The notes: generated by a model not told the origin, from the sequence alone. A DNA stretch of 64,000 nt from Casimicrobiaceae bacterium (GCA_037719965.1 JBBJMT010000013.1:26805-90804), one strand, 5' to 3'. Counted from the stretch's first letter, positions 19,413 to 29,743 are shown. Numbers and translations: made by a program.

Positions 19413-21044
19413 ATGCACGGGCTGATGATGAACACGCCGCTGATGATCTCGTCGTTGCTCCGTCACGCCGACCGCTTCCACGGTGACACCGAGATCGTTT
19501 CGCGGTCGATCGAAGGTCCGATCCACCGCTACACGTACAGCGACGCTCACGCGCGCTCACGCCGGCTCGCCGGCGCGCTGACCCGGCTGGGCGTGCGTTC
19601 CGGCGACCGCGTCGGCACGCTGGCGTGGAACGGCTATCGCCATTTCGAGCTGTATTACGGGGTCTCCGGGATGGGCGCGATCGTGCACACGATCAACCCG
19701 CGGCTGTTCTTCGCCCAGCTCACCTACATCATCAACCACGGCGGAGACCCGTACGTTTTTTTCGACCTGACTTTCGTGCCGCTGGTCGAAAAGCTCGCGC
19801 CCGCGTGCACAGCCGTGAAAGGCTGGGTGGCGATGACCGATCGCGCGCACATGCCGAGTGCCGCGATTCCGGGCCTGCTGTGCTACGAGGAACTGCTCGC
19901 GGCGGAAGATGACTCTTACAACTGGCCCGAGTTCGACGAGAACACGGCCTCGGGGCTTTGCTACACGTCGGGCACCACCGGCCATCCCAAGGGCGTCCTG
20001 TTCAGCCACCGGTCGACGATCCTGCACGCATTCGCCGTCTCGCTACCGGACGCGAAACGCTACTCGGCGCAAAGCGTCGTGCTGCCGGTCGTGCCCATGT
20101 TCCACGTCAACGCGTGGGGGATTCCCTACGCGGCGCCGCTGGTCGGCGCGAAGCTCGTGTTTCCCGGCGGCGCGCTGGACGGCAAGAGCCTCTACGAGCT
20201 GTGCGAGAGCGAGCGAGTCGACAGCTCGGCCGGCGTGCCCACCGTGTGGCTCGGGCTCATCGGGTTCATGCAGCAGAACAACCTCAAATTCTCGACGCTA
20301 AAGGCGACGACGATCGGCGGGTCGGCGTGCCCGCCCGCGATGATGCAGACGCTGCGCGACGACTTCGGCATCCGCGTAACACACGGCTGGGGCATGACCG
20401 AGATGAGCCCGGTCGGCACGATCAACAGCGTCACGGCAAAGCATCTCAAGCTGCCCCCCGACGAACAGTTCCGCCTCGCGCTCAAGCAGGGCCGACCGCT
20501 GTACGGCGTCGACATGAAGATCGTCGACGGCGACGGCAACGAGCTGCCGCGCGACGGCAAGTCCACCGGCAACCTGCTGGTCAAGGGACCCTGGATCGTC
20601 CGCGAATACTTCCAGGGTGAAGGCGGCAATCCACTGACAGCCGACGGCTGGTTCCCCACCGGCGATGTAGGATCGCTCGATCCGGACGGCTATTTGCAGA
20701 TCACCGACCGGTCGAACGACGTGATCAAGTCGGGCGGCGAATGGATCAGCTCGATTGAGCTCGAGAACATCGCCATCGGGCATCCGGCGGTCGCCGAGGC
20801 GGCCGTCATCGGCGTGCGCCATCCGAAGTGGGACGAGCGGCCGCTGCTGCTGGTCGTCAGGAAACCGGGTGCCGACCTCGAACGGGAGGCGGTGCTCGAT
20901 TTCTACAAAGGCCAGATCGCCCACTGGTGGGTCCCGGACGACGTGGTGTTCGTCGATGAGCTGCCGCACACGGCCACCGGCAAGCTGTCGAAGATGGCGT
21001 TGCGGGAAAAATATGCGGACTACAAACTTCCGCTAGAGGTCTAA
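19413..21044 (+). CDS. Fatty-acid--CoA ligase (3-methylmercaptopropionyl-CoA ligase/DmdB-like)
   Basis: [10 protein letters not shown] start; [37 protein letters not shown]. Confidence 0.88.
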   Translation: MHGLMMNTPLMISSLLRHADRFHGDTEIVSRSIEGPIHRYTYSDAHARSRRLAGALTRLGVRSGDRVGTLAWNGYRHFELYYGVSGMGAIVHTINPRLFFAQLTYIINHGGDPYVFFDLTFVPLVEKLAPACTAVKGWVAMTDRAHMPSAAIPGLLCYEELLAAEDDSYNWPEFDENTASGLCYTSGTTGHPKGVLFSHRSTILHAFAVSLPDAKRYSAQSVVLPVVPMFHVNAWGIPYAAPLVGAKLVFPGGALDGKSLYELCESERVDSSAGVPTVWLGLIGFMQQNNLKFSTLKATTIGGSACPPAMMQTLRDDFGIRVTHGWGMTEMSPVGTINSVTAKHLKLPPDEQFRLALKQGRPLYGVDMKIVDGDGNELPRDGKSTGNLLVKGPWIVREYFQGEGGNPLTADGWFPTGDVGSLDPDGYLQITDRSNDVIKSGGEWISSIELENIAIGHPAVAEAAVIGVRHPKWDERPLLLVVRKPGADLEREAVLDFYKGQIAHWWVPDDVVFVDELPHTATGKLSKMALREKYADYKLPLEV

Positions 21045-21064
21045 AGCGTCTGACTGAGCTCTCC

Positions 21065-22246
21065 ATGGACCTCACCTATTCCGCAACAGAGCTCGCGTTC
21101 CGCGACGAGGTGAGCGCCTGGCTGCGCGACAACCTGCCCGTTGATTTGCGCGCCAAGGTCGCGAACTACGCGCACCTGACCAGGGAGGAGTTGCTGCGCT
21201 GGCACCGGATCCTCGCGGCAAAAGGCTGGATCGCCCCATCCTGGCCGACCGAGTGGGGCGGCACCGGCTGGACCGTTGTGCAGCGCTACCTGTTCGAGGA
21301 AGAGTGCGGCTACGCTGGGGCGCCGCCGCTCATCCCCTTCGGACTCGCAATGTGCGCCCCGGTGTTGCTCAAGTTCGGTACCGAGGCCCAGAAACAGCGC
21401 TTCCTGCCGCGCATTTACCACGGTGAGGATTTCTGGTGCCAGGGCTATTCGGAGCCAGGCTCCGGCTCCGACCTCGCTTCGCTCAAGACCACCGCCGTGC
21501 GCCGCGCCGCCCATTACATCGTCAACGGGCAGAAAACCTGGACGACGATGGCGCATATGGCCGACTGGATCTTCTGCCTGGTCCGCACCGACCCGAGCAC
21601 GGAAAGGAAGCAGGACGGCATCTCGTTTCTGCTCATCGACATGCGAACGCCGGGCATAACTGTGCGACCGTTGCCGCTCATGGACGGTCATCACGAAGTG
21701 AACGAGGTGTTCTTCGACGACGTCACAGTGCCCGTGGCGAACCTCGTGCACGAGGAAGGCAAAGGATGGACTGTCGCGAAGTACTTGCTCGGACACGAGC
21801 GGATGAACACCGCTCGCATCGGGGCGTCCCGCCGGGAACTGGCGAAGCTCAAGCAATTCGCCGCGCAGCAAATGAAGGACGGGAGACCGCTGCTCGACGA
21901 TCCGCGCTTTCGCGACAAAGTCTCGCGCGTCGAGGTCGAACTGATGGCGCTCGCGGTCACCAACTTGCGCTTCCTCGATCAGCTGCGCGGCGGCCGCGCA
22001 CCCGGAGCGGACGTATCGATGCTGAAGATTACGGGCACCGAGATCCAGCAGGCGCTCACCGAGCTGATGATGCAGGCGGCCGGACCGTTGGCGGCAGCGT
22101 TCGCGCCGACTGACGATGCGGTCGGTTTTGACGCATTCACCGCTGCACTGGCGCCGCGCTATTGCAACTTTCGCAAGACGTCGATCTACGCCGGGTCGAA
22201 CGAAATTCAACGCAACATCATCGCGAAGTTGAGCCTCGGGTTGTAG
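21065..22246 (+). CDS. Acyl-CoA dehydrogenase, PimC-like large subunit
   Basis: WCQGYSEPGSGSDLASL, NGQKTWTT, HEVNEVFFD, SIYAGSNEIQRNII. Confidence 0.9.
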   Translation: MDLTYSATELAFRDEVSAWLRDNLPVDLRAKVANYAHLTREELLRWHRILAAKGWIAPSWPTEWGGTGWTVVQRYLFEEECGYAGAPPLIPFGLAMCAPVLLKFGTEAQKQRFLPRIYHGEDFWCQGYSEPGSGSDLASLKTTAVRRAAHYIVNGQKTWTTMAHMADWIFCLVRTDPSTERKQDGISFLLIDMRTPGITVRPLPLMDGHHEVNEVFFDDVTVPVANLVHEEGKGWTVAKYLLGHERMNTARIGASRRELAKLKQFAAQQMKDGRPLLDDPRFRDKVSRVEVELMALAVTNLRFLDQLRGGRAPGADVSMLKITGTEIQQALTELMMQAAGPLAAAFAPTDDAVGFDAFTAALAPRYCNFRKTSIYAGSNEIQRNIIAKLSLGL

Positions 22247-22255
22247 AGGTCGCCT

Positions 22256-23389
22256 ATGAATTTCGATTACAACGAAGAGCAGCAACTCCTTGCCGAATCC
22301 ATCAGGCGCTTTGTCGCCAAGGACTACGATTTCGACGCGCGCAAAAAAATCATCGCATCGCAAGATGGCTACAGCCGCGACGTATGGGCCACATTCGCCG
22401 AAATCGGCTTGCTCGGTCTGCCATTCGCACCCGACTTCGGTGGCTTCGGTGGCAGCGCTGTCGAGATGATGAGCGTGATGGAAGCCATCGGCGACGCTTT
22501 GATCGTCGAGCCTTACCTGTCGACGGTCGGCCTCGGCGCCCAATTCGTGGCGCGCGCTGGCACAGCGGCGCAAAAGGAGCGCATTCTGGCCGCCGTCGTC
22601 GCGGGCCAGTTGAAGCTAGCCGTTGCGCAAACCGAGCCCGGCGCGCGCTACAACCTCGCGCGCGTTTCGGTTCGTGCAACGAAGCGCAACGGTGGTTACG
22701 TGATCGACGGCGATAAATGCGTCGTCAGCGACGGTCCCTGCGCAGACCAGCTCGTGGTGTCTGCGCGCACTGCGGGCGGCACTACGGACGCCCGAGGCAT
22801 CAGTCTGTTTCTCGTCGAAGCCAATGTGCAAAGCGTTGCGCTGAAGAGCTACCAGACGCTCGACGGACGGCGTGCGGCGGATATTTCGTTCAAGGGCGTG
22901 ACCGTCCCCGCGGATGCGCTGATCGGAAACGAAGGAGAAGCTCTGACGCTGATCGAACACGTGACCGACTACGCGACGGCGCTGCTATGCGGAGAAGCGA
23001 TCGGCGCGATCAAATACGCCAACGACGCGACGCTCGAGTACTTGAAGACCCGCCGGCAGTTCGGCGTGCCGCTCGGCACGTTCCAGGCGCTGCAGCATCG
23101 GATGGTCGACATGGTCATCAGCTACGAGCAGGCGAAATCGATGGCCAGCCTAGCTTGCGCCAGTGTTGACTCCGTCCACGATTCCGCAGAGCGGAAGCGG
23201 ATAGTGTCGGCCGCCAAGATCAAGATTGCCGATGCATGCCGCCACGTCAGTCAGGAAGCGATCCAGTTGCATGGAGGCATGGGTATGAGCGACGAGCTGA
23301 AAGTTAGCCACACATTTCGCCGGCTGACGATGATCGCGCAGCAGTTCGGCGACGCCGAACACCATCTCGAGCGCTTCGCCAATCCATGA
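22256..23389 (+). CDS. Acyl-CoA dehydrogenase, PimD-like small subunit
   Basis: RRQFGVPLGTFQALQHRMVDM, QLHGGMGM; adjacent to the PimC-like gene. Confidence 0.88.
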   Translation: MNFDYNEEQQLLAESIRRFVAKDYDFDARKKIIASQDGYSRDVWATFAEIGLLGLPFAPDFGGFGGSAVEMMSVMEAIGDALIVEPYLSTVGLGAQFVARAGTAAQKERILAAVVAGQLKLAVAQTEPGARYNLARVSVRATKRNGGYVIDGDKCVVSDGPCADQLVVSARTAGGTTDARGISLFLVEANVQSVALKSYQTLDGRRAADISFKGVTVPADALIGNEGEALTLIEHVTDYATALLCGEAIGAIKYANDATLEYLKTRRQFGVPLGTFQALQHRMVDMVISYEQAKSMASLACASVDSVHDSAERKRIVSAAKIKIADACRHVSQEAIQLHGGMGMSDELKVSHTFRRLTMIAQQFGDAEHHLERFANP

Positions 23390-23483
23390 GCCGCGCGCTG
23401 GCGCACTCGTCATTGACGCGTTGCCTCCGATTGAAGCGCAACGCTCGTGGGAACCGTTTGCGTGGCCGTATCGGCAATACCGG

Positions 23484-24191
23484 TCACGCCAACGCGCTCG
23501 GTTTGACGTTCATCCATATTGTGCCTGGCGTTCGTTCGACCACGCATTTATCTTCGGTGGGGTTGCACCGATATGTGAGGAATAGCTTTTCGCGCACGTT
23601 CGCGAGCCGTTCCGGCTTGAACAGCGCCGAATTGATGCCCGCGCACCGGGCGGAATCGACCTGAAGTCCGTTCAAGCCTTGCGCGTGCACGTATGCGCCG
23701 ACACTCTGAGTGAACACATAGCTCGTGCGACTCACGATTGCGGGAAACCATTTCTGCTTGCCGCGCAGGTCGATCAGCAGCGCGTCGCAGCGAACGTCGA
23801 GTAGCCGGCGCTCACCGGTGACGACGCGATTCTCGTCGGCGAAGCTGTCCAGCAGGAAGCGGTGCCAGTGGAATACGGTTTCATAGACAGTGGTCTTGAC
23901 GTCGAGTGAGCCGTACCAGACTCCGTAGCGCGTGCCGTCGCTAAACCGTGTCGCATGCCAGTTCGCCGAGTTGAAGCTGTACGTGATGACCGTGCCGTAA
24001 TCGAATGGGCGCGAGATGATGGCGGCCATTGTCGGAATGCGCTGCTCGCCTTCTTTGGCAATAGCCAACTCCCAATCAGCCGGATTATCGGAGAGGTCGT
24101 CGAAGAGATGCTGCGTGCGGCGGATTCCCTTGATGTTGCGAACAAGGTTACCGCGAAAGTCTGCGTTGCTCGCACAAAGCTCGCCAAACAT
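23484..24191 (-). CDS. RES-domain toxin (NAD+ phosphorylase family)
   Basis: TRFSDGTRYGVWYGS...TTVYETVFH...SARC (R-E-S residues); adjoins the upstream antitoxin. Confidence 0.85.
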   Translation of the reverse strand: MFGELCASNADFRGNLVRNIKGIRRTQHLFDDLSDNPADWELAIAKEGEQRIPTMAAIISRPFDYGTVITYSFNSANWHATRFSDGTRYGVWYGSLDVKTTVYETVFHWHRFLLDSFADENRVVTGERRLLDVRCDALLIDLRGKQKWFPAIVSRTSYVFTQSVGAYVHAQGLNGLQVDSARCAGINSALFKPERLANVREKLFLTYRCNPTEDKCVVERTPGTIWMNVKPSALA

Positions 24192-24602
24192 CTACCGCCC
24201 GCGCTCGAAATCCAGATAGCGGCGAATAGCGAGCAGGCCTTCGAAGCCGTGCTCGACGACGACGTCAACCGGGCGCGCGCCGAAGCGGCGGTTGGGCTGC
24301 GTCATCCACCGATAAGCGAGATCGGGGTCGTGCGGAAAGATGATGCGCAACGACTTGTGGATTCCGAGCAGGTGGCCGGCGCGATCCAGCAGGTCGCGGT
24401 TGTCGGCCAAAGGCGCGCCTTTGCGGTAACGCGACAGCGCCGTGCGGCTGTCCGGTGACAGTCCCAGCACGGCCGACTGCGCGTCCGTCGGCAACTGCCA
24501 TAATTCCAGCAGCTTCATGATCATCGCAGCGAGCCGAGCGCGCGAATGCTTGCTCGTGAGATCGATGACGTTCCCGACGGCGGGTGCAGTGGCGGTCGGC
24601 AT
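24192..24602 (-). CDS. Xre/MbcA/ParS-type antitoxin
   Basis: HTH-like N-part (LLELWQL...AVLGLS) and MbcA/ParS C-part (WMTQPNRRFGARPVDV...YL). Confidence 0.85.
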   Translation of the reverse strand: MPTATAPAVGNVIDLTSKHSRARLAAMIMKLLELWQLPTDAQSAVLGLSPDSRTALSRYRKGAPLADNRDLLDRAGHLLGIHKSLRIIFPHDPDLAYRWMTQPNRRFGARPVDVVVEHGFEGLLAIRRYLDFERGR

Positions 24603-24615
24603 AAAGTCTCATTCA

Positions 24616-24647
24616 ATGTGGTAGTGCGGACTGTTAGTGTACCACAT
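24616..24647. promoter_or_regulatory. Probable autoregulatory operator of the RES-Xre operon
   Basis: Perfect 8-bp inverted repeat ATGTGGTA-N16-TACCACAT about 15 nt upstream of the antitoxin start; CGGACT direct repeat nearby. Confidence 0.5.
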
Positions 24648-24661
24648 CGGACTAATAGAAG

Positions 24662-24775
24662 GCGCCGGACAAACAATTCGTCGCGACCGCGCTGGTTCAC
24701 GATTTGACGCTGGTTACTCGTAACCTCAAGCACTTCGCAGGAATGGGCGTCAATTCATTGAATCGATTCCGTTAA
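24662..24775 (+). pseudogene. C-terminal remnant of a VapC/PIN-domain toxin
   Basis: Reads APDKQFVATALVHDLTLVTRNLKHFAGMGVNSLNRFR*, matching the PIN tail (AATALxHxLTLVTRNxxDF); in-frame TAG at 24656 and no start codon. Confidence 0.7.
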
Positions 24776-24971
24776 GCAGAAGGCGCAGGTCCGCCTTCAT
24801 CGAATGGTCGTAGTATTGGGTTCATAAGTCCGCGCACGTATTCTCGCTCAAGGTCGCGCGATGGCTCCTTTTTTGGTGGGCTCGCCAAGGCCGCGCACAT
24901 GCTGCAACGTGCCCTGTTGGTTGTGGTTGGTTTGCGTCGAACGCGCGCAAGGTTTATTCTGCCGGCGCATC

Positions 24972-25283
24972 ATGATCCGCGCCGTTCTCACGGTTTGTCT
25001 GTCGCTGCTGCTCGTCGGCATGCAGCACGAGCTGCTCGTCCATGAGCTCGATCATCTGCGCGCCAAGGTTGAGCGCGGAAACGAAGCGGGGCTGCACAAC
25101 GCCGCCTCGGGCCTGTGCCTGCAGTGCGCGCTCCTCGCGTCCAGCTCGGATCCAGTACCCGCGGCCGACAAGAAGCAGGACCACCATCAAGAATTCCCGG
25201 CGCGCTTAGCGCTGGGCCGTGAATCGCCGTGGGCCACTGCGCCACCGGCGTTCTACCGCAGTCGAGCAACGCCTCCCGCCTAA
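24972..25283 (+). CDS. Small DUF2946-like metal-binding periplasmic protein
   Basis: N-terminal TM, HELDH, CLQC, C-terminal FYRSRATPP. Confidence 0.6.
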   Translation: MIRAVLTVCLSLLLVGMQHELLVHELDHLRAKVERGNEAGLHNAASGLCLQCALLASSSDPVPAADKKQDHHQEFPARLALGRESPWATAPPAFYRSRATPPA

Positions 25284-25301
25284 GCAGGCGATTACTCGAT
25301 C

Positions 25302-26051
25302 GTGTTGCCGGCGTTAGTAGCCGGGCTGCTTGTCACCGCGACGCACGTACCGCTCGGTACGCAAGTGCTCGCGCGCGGCATCGTGTTCATCGACCTCGCC
25401 ATCGCACAGATCGCCGGCTGTGGCGTCCTGCTCGCCAATCGGTTCGGGTTCGAGGCGGAGGGCCTTGCGGTGCAGGTCGCGGCGCTCGCAGCGGCGATCG
25501 GCGGCGCGTTACTGCTAACGTGGACCGAGCGGATCTGGCCCGACGTCCAGGAAGCGGTGATTGGCGTTGCGTTCGTGCTGGCGGCGACCGGCGGCATTCT
25601 GCTGCTCGCGAGCGACGTGCGCGGCAGCGAGCATCTGCGCGATCTGCTCGTCGGCCAGATTCTCTGGGTGCAGCCGCGCCAACTGGCTTGGACCGCGGCC
25701 ATATATGCAATCGTCCTCGCTCTCTGGTTCGGCGGCGCCAGCCGTTCCGGCCGCATCGGCTTCTATCTCCTGTTTGCCTGCGCGGTGACGGTTTCCGTTC
25801 AGCTTGTCGGCGTATATCTAGTGTTCGCGACGTTGATCGTCCCGCCACTGGCGACGCGCGCGTTGGGGCGGCTGCGGCTGGCCGCCGGATGGGGTCTTGC
25901 CACGGCAGGCTACGCGCTGGGGCTCATCATCTCGACATCGCTGGACCTGCCGACAGGCCCCGTCATCGTCTGGACGCTTGCGGCGCTCGGCATCCTCACC
26001 CACGCCTTGATCGTGAGCGGCAAGCCCGTCTCCCGGCTCGTCGATCGGTGA
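25302..26051 (+). CDS. Metal (Zn/Mn) ABC transporter permease, ZnuB-like, possibly 5'-truncated
   Basis: RGIVFIDLAIAQIA, EAVIG, GSEHLRDLLVGQILWV, LVGVYLVFATLIVP. Confidence 0.8.
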   Translation: MLPALVAGLLVTATHVPLGTQVLARGIVFIDLAIAQIAGCGVLLANRFGFEAEGLAVQVAALAAAIGGALLLTWTERIWPDVQEAVIGVAFVLAATGGILLLASDVRGSEHLRDLLVGQILWVQPRQLAWTAAIYAIVLALWFGGASRSGRIGFYLLFACAVTVSVQLVGVYLVFATLIVPPLATRALGRLRLAAGWGLATAGYALGLIISTSLDLPTGPVIVWTLAALGILTHALIVSGKPVSRLVDR

Positions 26052-26258
26052 CGCCCCTTCGGGCCTTGGGAGGTTGGTAGACTCTGGAGAAGACCATGGA
26101 TCCGCCCGCCCTGAGAGGGTCCGCTTGAAGCAAAAACGTTGAACACATCTACCGTTAGGGAAGCGCGGCGCAGCATTGGATCTGGTTCTTTTACGCATGA
26201 GTGCGCCGCGCACTTTCCACGTATCGTAGACGGCCCATCGACAACGCCAGCTGACCCA

Positions 26259-27440
26259 TTGAAGCGCATTCCTGGAAATCGATTCCTGCATTCGCCGGGG
26301 CCGACTCATGTGCCCGACGAGGTTCTGGATGCAATGCGGCGTCAGCCCATGGATCTTGCCGACCCGCGACTTGGCCAGGTAATCGAAGCATGCGAGAACG
26401 GACTCAAGCGCCTGTTGCAAACGCGGCACGCGGAAGTGTGTATGTTCGCGGGAAACGGGCACGGCGCGTGGGAAGTGGCGATCGACAATCTTGTTGCGCC
26501 TGGCCTAGCCGTTCTGGTGCCGGGCACCGGCCACTTCTCCGAGTCGTGGGCCGTGCAGACCGAAGCGCTTGGGCGTCGCGTCATTCGCACGCCCTACCGG
26601 GAAGGTTATCCGATCGACGCGACCGCTGTGGAACATGCATTGCGTGCCGACACAGCACGCGAAATTGCGGCCGTGTTTGTCGTACATACCGATACTGCCA
26701 GCGGTGTGACGAGCGACCTGCGAGCCCTGCGCGCGGCGATTGACGCGGCTGATCACCCGGCGTTGTTCGTCGTCGACGCCGTGGCATCGCTCGCGGCTGC
26801 GCCGTTTGCGATGGATGAACTGCAAGTCAATGTCGCGGTCGGTGCCTCGCAAAAGGGCCTGATGGTCCCGCCCGGACTAGCCTTTGTCGCTGTCGATTCC
26901 GTGGCGGCAAAGGTCGCGAGCCGCAATCCGGCGCCCCGGTTTTATTGGGATTGGGACCGCCGCAGAAGCGACCTCGCTTATCGCAAGTTTTGCGGTACGC
27001 CTCCACAAAACCTGCTGATGGGATTGGAAGTCGCGATATCGCTGCTCTTTCGCGAAGGCATCGATGAAGTCATTGCGCGCCATCACCTTCTTGCGCGCGC
27101 CGTGCATGCTGCCGTCGATTGCTGGACCCGGGAGGGAGCGTTGCAATTTTTTGGTCAGTTGCCGGAGACCCGCTCGGTCTCGGTCACCACGGTGTTGGTG
27201 CGGCCGGAGATTGATCCAGAAGCGATGCGTACCGTAGCGCGCGAGCGATTCCAGGTGGCAATCGCCGGCGGGCTTGGCCCGCTAGCAGGTCGGGTTTTTC
27301 GTATCGGCCACTTGGGTGACCTCAATCCCGCAATGATTCTCGGATGCCTCGCCGGCATCGAAGCGGCAATGTCGGTGCAGCGCATTCCTTACGGTCGCGA
27401 TGGTATGCAGCAGGCAATTGCATGCCTGGCCGCGGACTGA
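26259..27440 (+). CDS. Class V PLP aminotransferase (alanine/serine-glyoxylate type)
   Basis: FLHSPGPT, VHTDTASG, VDAVASL, GASQKGLMVPPG, FRIGHLG; TTG start assumed. Confidence 0.88.
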   Translation: MKRIPGNRFLHSPGPTHVPDEVLDAMRRQPMDLADPRLGQVIEACENGLKRLLQTRHAEVCMFAGNGHGAWEVAIDNLVAPGLAVLVPGTGHFSESWAVQTEALGRRVIRTPYREGYPIDATAVEHALRADTAREIAAVFVVHTDTASGVTSDLRALRAAIDAADHPALFVVDAVASLAAAPFAMDELQVNVAVGASQKGLMVPPGLAFVAVDSVAAKVASRNPAPRFYWDWDRRRSDLAYRKFCGTPPQNLLMGLEVAISLLFREGIDEVIARHHLLARAVHAAVDCWTREGALQFFGQLPETRSVSVTTVLVRPEIDPEAMRTVARERFQVAIAGGLGPLAGRVFRIGHLGDLNPAMILGCLAGIEAAMSVQRIPYGRDGMQQAIACLAAD

Positions 27441-27689
27441 CTCACTCGGTCAGGCGTGACGTAGCCGTACCGAAAATTCGCGGGTTCCTTCTCAGTCAGC
27501 CTCCTCGGGCGACGAAACCGGACGTTCTGTTTGTGTACACTATCCAAGCAAGAAGCGCCGAAAAGACAAGGTGCACGTTTCGAATGATCTGGAAAGTCGG
27601 TGGAAGTTCCAGGGTCGCGCCCGGGTAGCGTCTTTGCGGCAATTTCGGTCATTCAAGCAACCATGCCGAGAGGTCACGGAGGTTGTGTC

Positions 27690-28589
27690 ATGCAACGAAA
27701 AATAGCTAGGGATTTCGACCCTGCGGTTCTGCGGTTGTTCGATCAGTTCGTGCATGGGACGATCGACCGTCGTGGTTTCTTAAGCGGCGCCGCAAGGTAT
27801 GCGGTGGGAGGAGTTACCGCCTCCATGCTCCTTGATGCCCTGAGTCCGCGGTTTGCCGAAGCACAGCAGATCGCGAAGGACGACGGGCGAATCAGCGTCA
27901 AATACGCGGAATACTCGTCACCCGCGGGCTACGGCAAGATGCGCGGCTATCTTGTGCGGCCAGTCAACGCGGCCGACAAGCTTCCGGGGGTGCTGGTCGT
28001 GCACGAAAACCGCGGACTCAACCCGCACATCGAGGATATTGCCAGGCGGGTGGCGCTCGACAATTTCCTGGTTTTTGCGCCGGACGCATTAACACCGTTT
28101 GGCGGTTATCCCGGGAACGAGGACACGGCGCGCGAGAATTTTGCCAAGCTCGATCAGCCCAAGTCGCGCGAGGATTTCGTCGCCGCCGCGAACTTTCTGA
28201 AGGGTCTTCCCGATTGCACCGGCAAGACCGGCGTAGTAGGTTTCTGCTACGGTGGTGGGATCGCCAATCTGCTGGCGACTCGCCTGCCGGACCTCTCTGC
28301 GGCGGTGCCATTCTATGGAGGCCAGCCACCCGCAGAAGACGTCGTGAAAATCAAGGCGCCGTTGCTCATTCACTACGCGGAAAACGACGAGCGGATCAAT
28401 GCCGGGTGGGGAGCTTACGAGGCGGCGCTGCAAGCTGCCGGTGTGAAGTACGCGATGTTCAAGTACGCGGGCACGCAACACGGCTTCAACAACGATACGA
28501 CACCGCGCTACGACGAGGCTGCGGCCAAGCTGGCGTGGCAACGGACAGTAGGGTTCTTCAAACAGAATTTGGCCGCTGCATCGAGATAA
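27690..28589 (+). CDS. Dienelactone hydrolase family protein (YghX-like)
   Basis: RRGFL leader, VHENRGLNPHIED, GFCYGG, QHGFNND; GGAGG SD before ATG 27690. Confidence 0.9.
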   Translation: MQRKIARDFDPAVLRLFDQFVHGTIDRRGFLSGAARYAVGGVTASMLLDALSPRFAEAQQIAKDDGRISVKYAEYSSPAGYGKMRGYLVRPVNAADKLPGVLVVHENRGLNPHIEDIARRVALDNFLVFAPDALTPFGGYPGNEDTARENFAKLDQPKSREDFVAAANFLKGLPDCTGKTGVVGFCYGGGIANLLATRLPDLSAAVPFYGGQPPAEDVVKIKAPLLIHYAENDERINAGWGAYEAALQAAGVKYAMFKYAGTQHGFNNDTTPRYDEAAAKLAWQRTVGFFKQNLAAASR

Positions 28590-28634
28590 GCGGACTTCTG
28601 TCGGGATGAGGTTGACCTTCGAAGATCACGGCAT

Positions 28635-28982
28635 TCATGCGCTTTCCCCAGTGTGCGCCGCCGCGATGCTTGACGTTCCCTCGACCAATTCGAGGAAGGT
28701 CCGCTCTTCGCGCAGGATGAACCGTTTGCTCTGCGCGAAAGCAAAGTTCGCGGAGCCTTCCGCATCGGCTTTGAGTTTCGCCCGGTACGTCTCGTACGCG
28801 GCGAGGCTGTCGCACGTGATCAGTCCCCACGCCACATTGTTCGTGCCCTCGTGCGGCAAAAAATAGCCGACGAGGTCGCCGCCGCAGCGCGGAATAATGC
28901 GCACCCAGTTCTCGGCGTACTCCTTGAAGGCGTCACGTTGAAAGGGATCGATCTCGTACCGGATGCAACAGGTAATCGCCAT
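28635..28982 (-). CDS. NIPSNAP family protein
   Basis: [13 protein letters not shown]...GYFLPHEGT...LAAYETYR. Confidence 0.88.
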   Translation of the reverse strand: MAITCCIRYEIDPFQRDAFKEYAENWVRIIPRCGGDLVGYFLPHEGTNNVAWGLITCDSLAAYETYRAKLKADAEGSANFAFAQSKRFILREERTFLELVEGTSSIAAAHTGESA

Positions 28983-29059
28983 TTCGCCTCCGCATTAGGT
29001 TAGTGGGGAACACACGATAACCTATTGCTGAGCATCAATGGTTCGGCTAAGATCGAATC

Positions 29060-29743
29060 ATGCGAGACGGTCCGAATATCGTTGGCATTGCTTCACTGAT
29101 CGGCGATCATGCCCGGTCGGAAGTCCTCACAGCCCTGATGACGGGCCAGGCGCTGACTGCCACCGAGCTTGCGGGAGTGGCAGGAGTGACCAAGCAGACA
29201 ATCAGCGGGCATCTCGCCAAGTTGCTGGATGCCCGGCTCGTCGGCGTGGAAAGCCAGGGGAGGCATCGGTATTATCGCCTCGCCGATCCCGATGTCGCGC
29301 ATCTGCTCGAAAGCCTGATGGGCGTGGCTTATCGAGCAGGCGCGCTGCGCGTGCGCTCCGGTCCCCGCGAACCCGCGCTGCGCAAGGCGCGCGTGTGCTA
29401 CGACCATCTCGCCGGCGAATTGGGCGTGCTCGTCTTCGACAGCTTGCAGCAGCGGCGTTTATTGCGATCGCGTGGCGCTGAGCTCGAACTCACTGCTCTC
29501 GGTCAGCAATTCTGCCGCGAGATCGGCGTTGAGGTCGAAGCTCTGAAGCGCGAGCGGCGTCCGCTATGCCGGGCGTGTCTGGACTGGAGCGTTCGCACTC
29601 ATCATCTTGCCGGTGCGCTTGGCGCGGCCTTGCTGAGTCGCTGCTTCGCACTGGGTTGGGCGCAGCGCGCGAAGGGCTCGCGTGTCGTGAATTTTTCGGT
29701 ACTCGGCGAAAAAGCGCTGCGCGAACGCTTAGCGTGCAAGTGA
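29060..29743 (+). CDS. ArsR/SmtB family transcriptional regulator, divergent from NIPSNAP
   Basis: ASLIGDHARSEVL...TATELA...SGHLAKL...QGRHRYYRL, RVCYDHLAG, CLDWS. Confidence 0.9.
   Translation: MRDGPNIVGIASLIGDHARSEVLTALMTGQALTATELAGVAGVTKQTISGHLAKLLDARLVGVESQGRHRYYRLADPDVAHLLESLMGVAYRAGALRVRSGPREPALRKARVCYDHLAGELGVLVFDSLQQRRLLRSRGAELELTALGQQFCREIGVEVEALKRERRPLCRACLDWSVRTHHLAGALGAALLSRCFALGWAQRAKGSRVVNFSVLGEKALRERLACK

Noticed and set aside
26082-26118. Possible glycine riboswitch before the glyoxylate aminotransferase
   Set aside because: CTCTGGAGA is on the plus strand but CTCTCAGG occurs only on the minus strand, and the CCGAAG core is missing.
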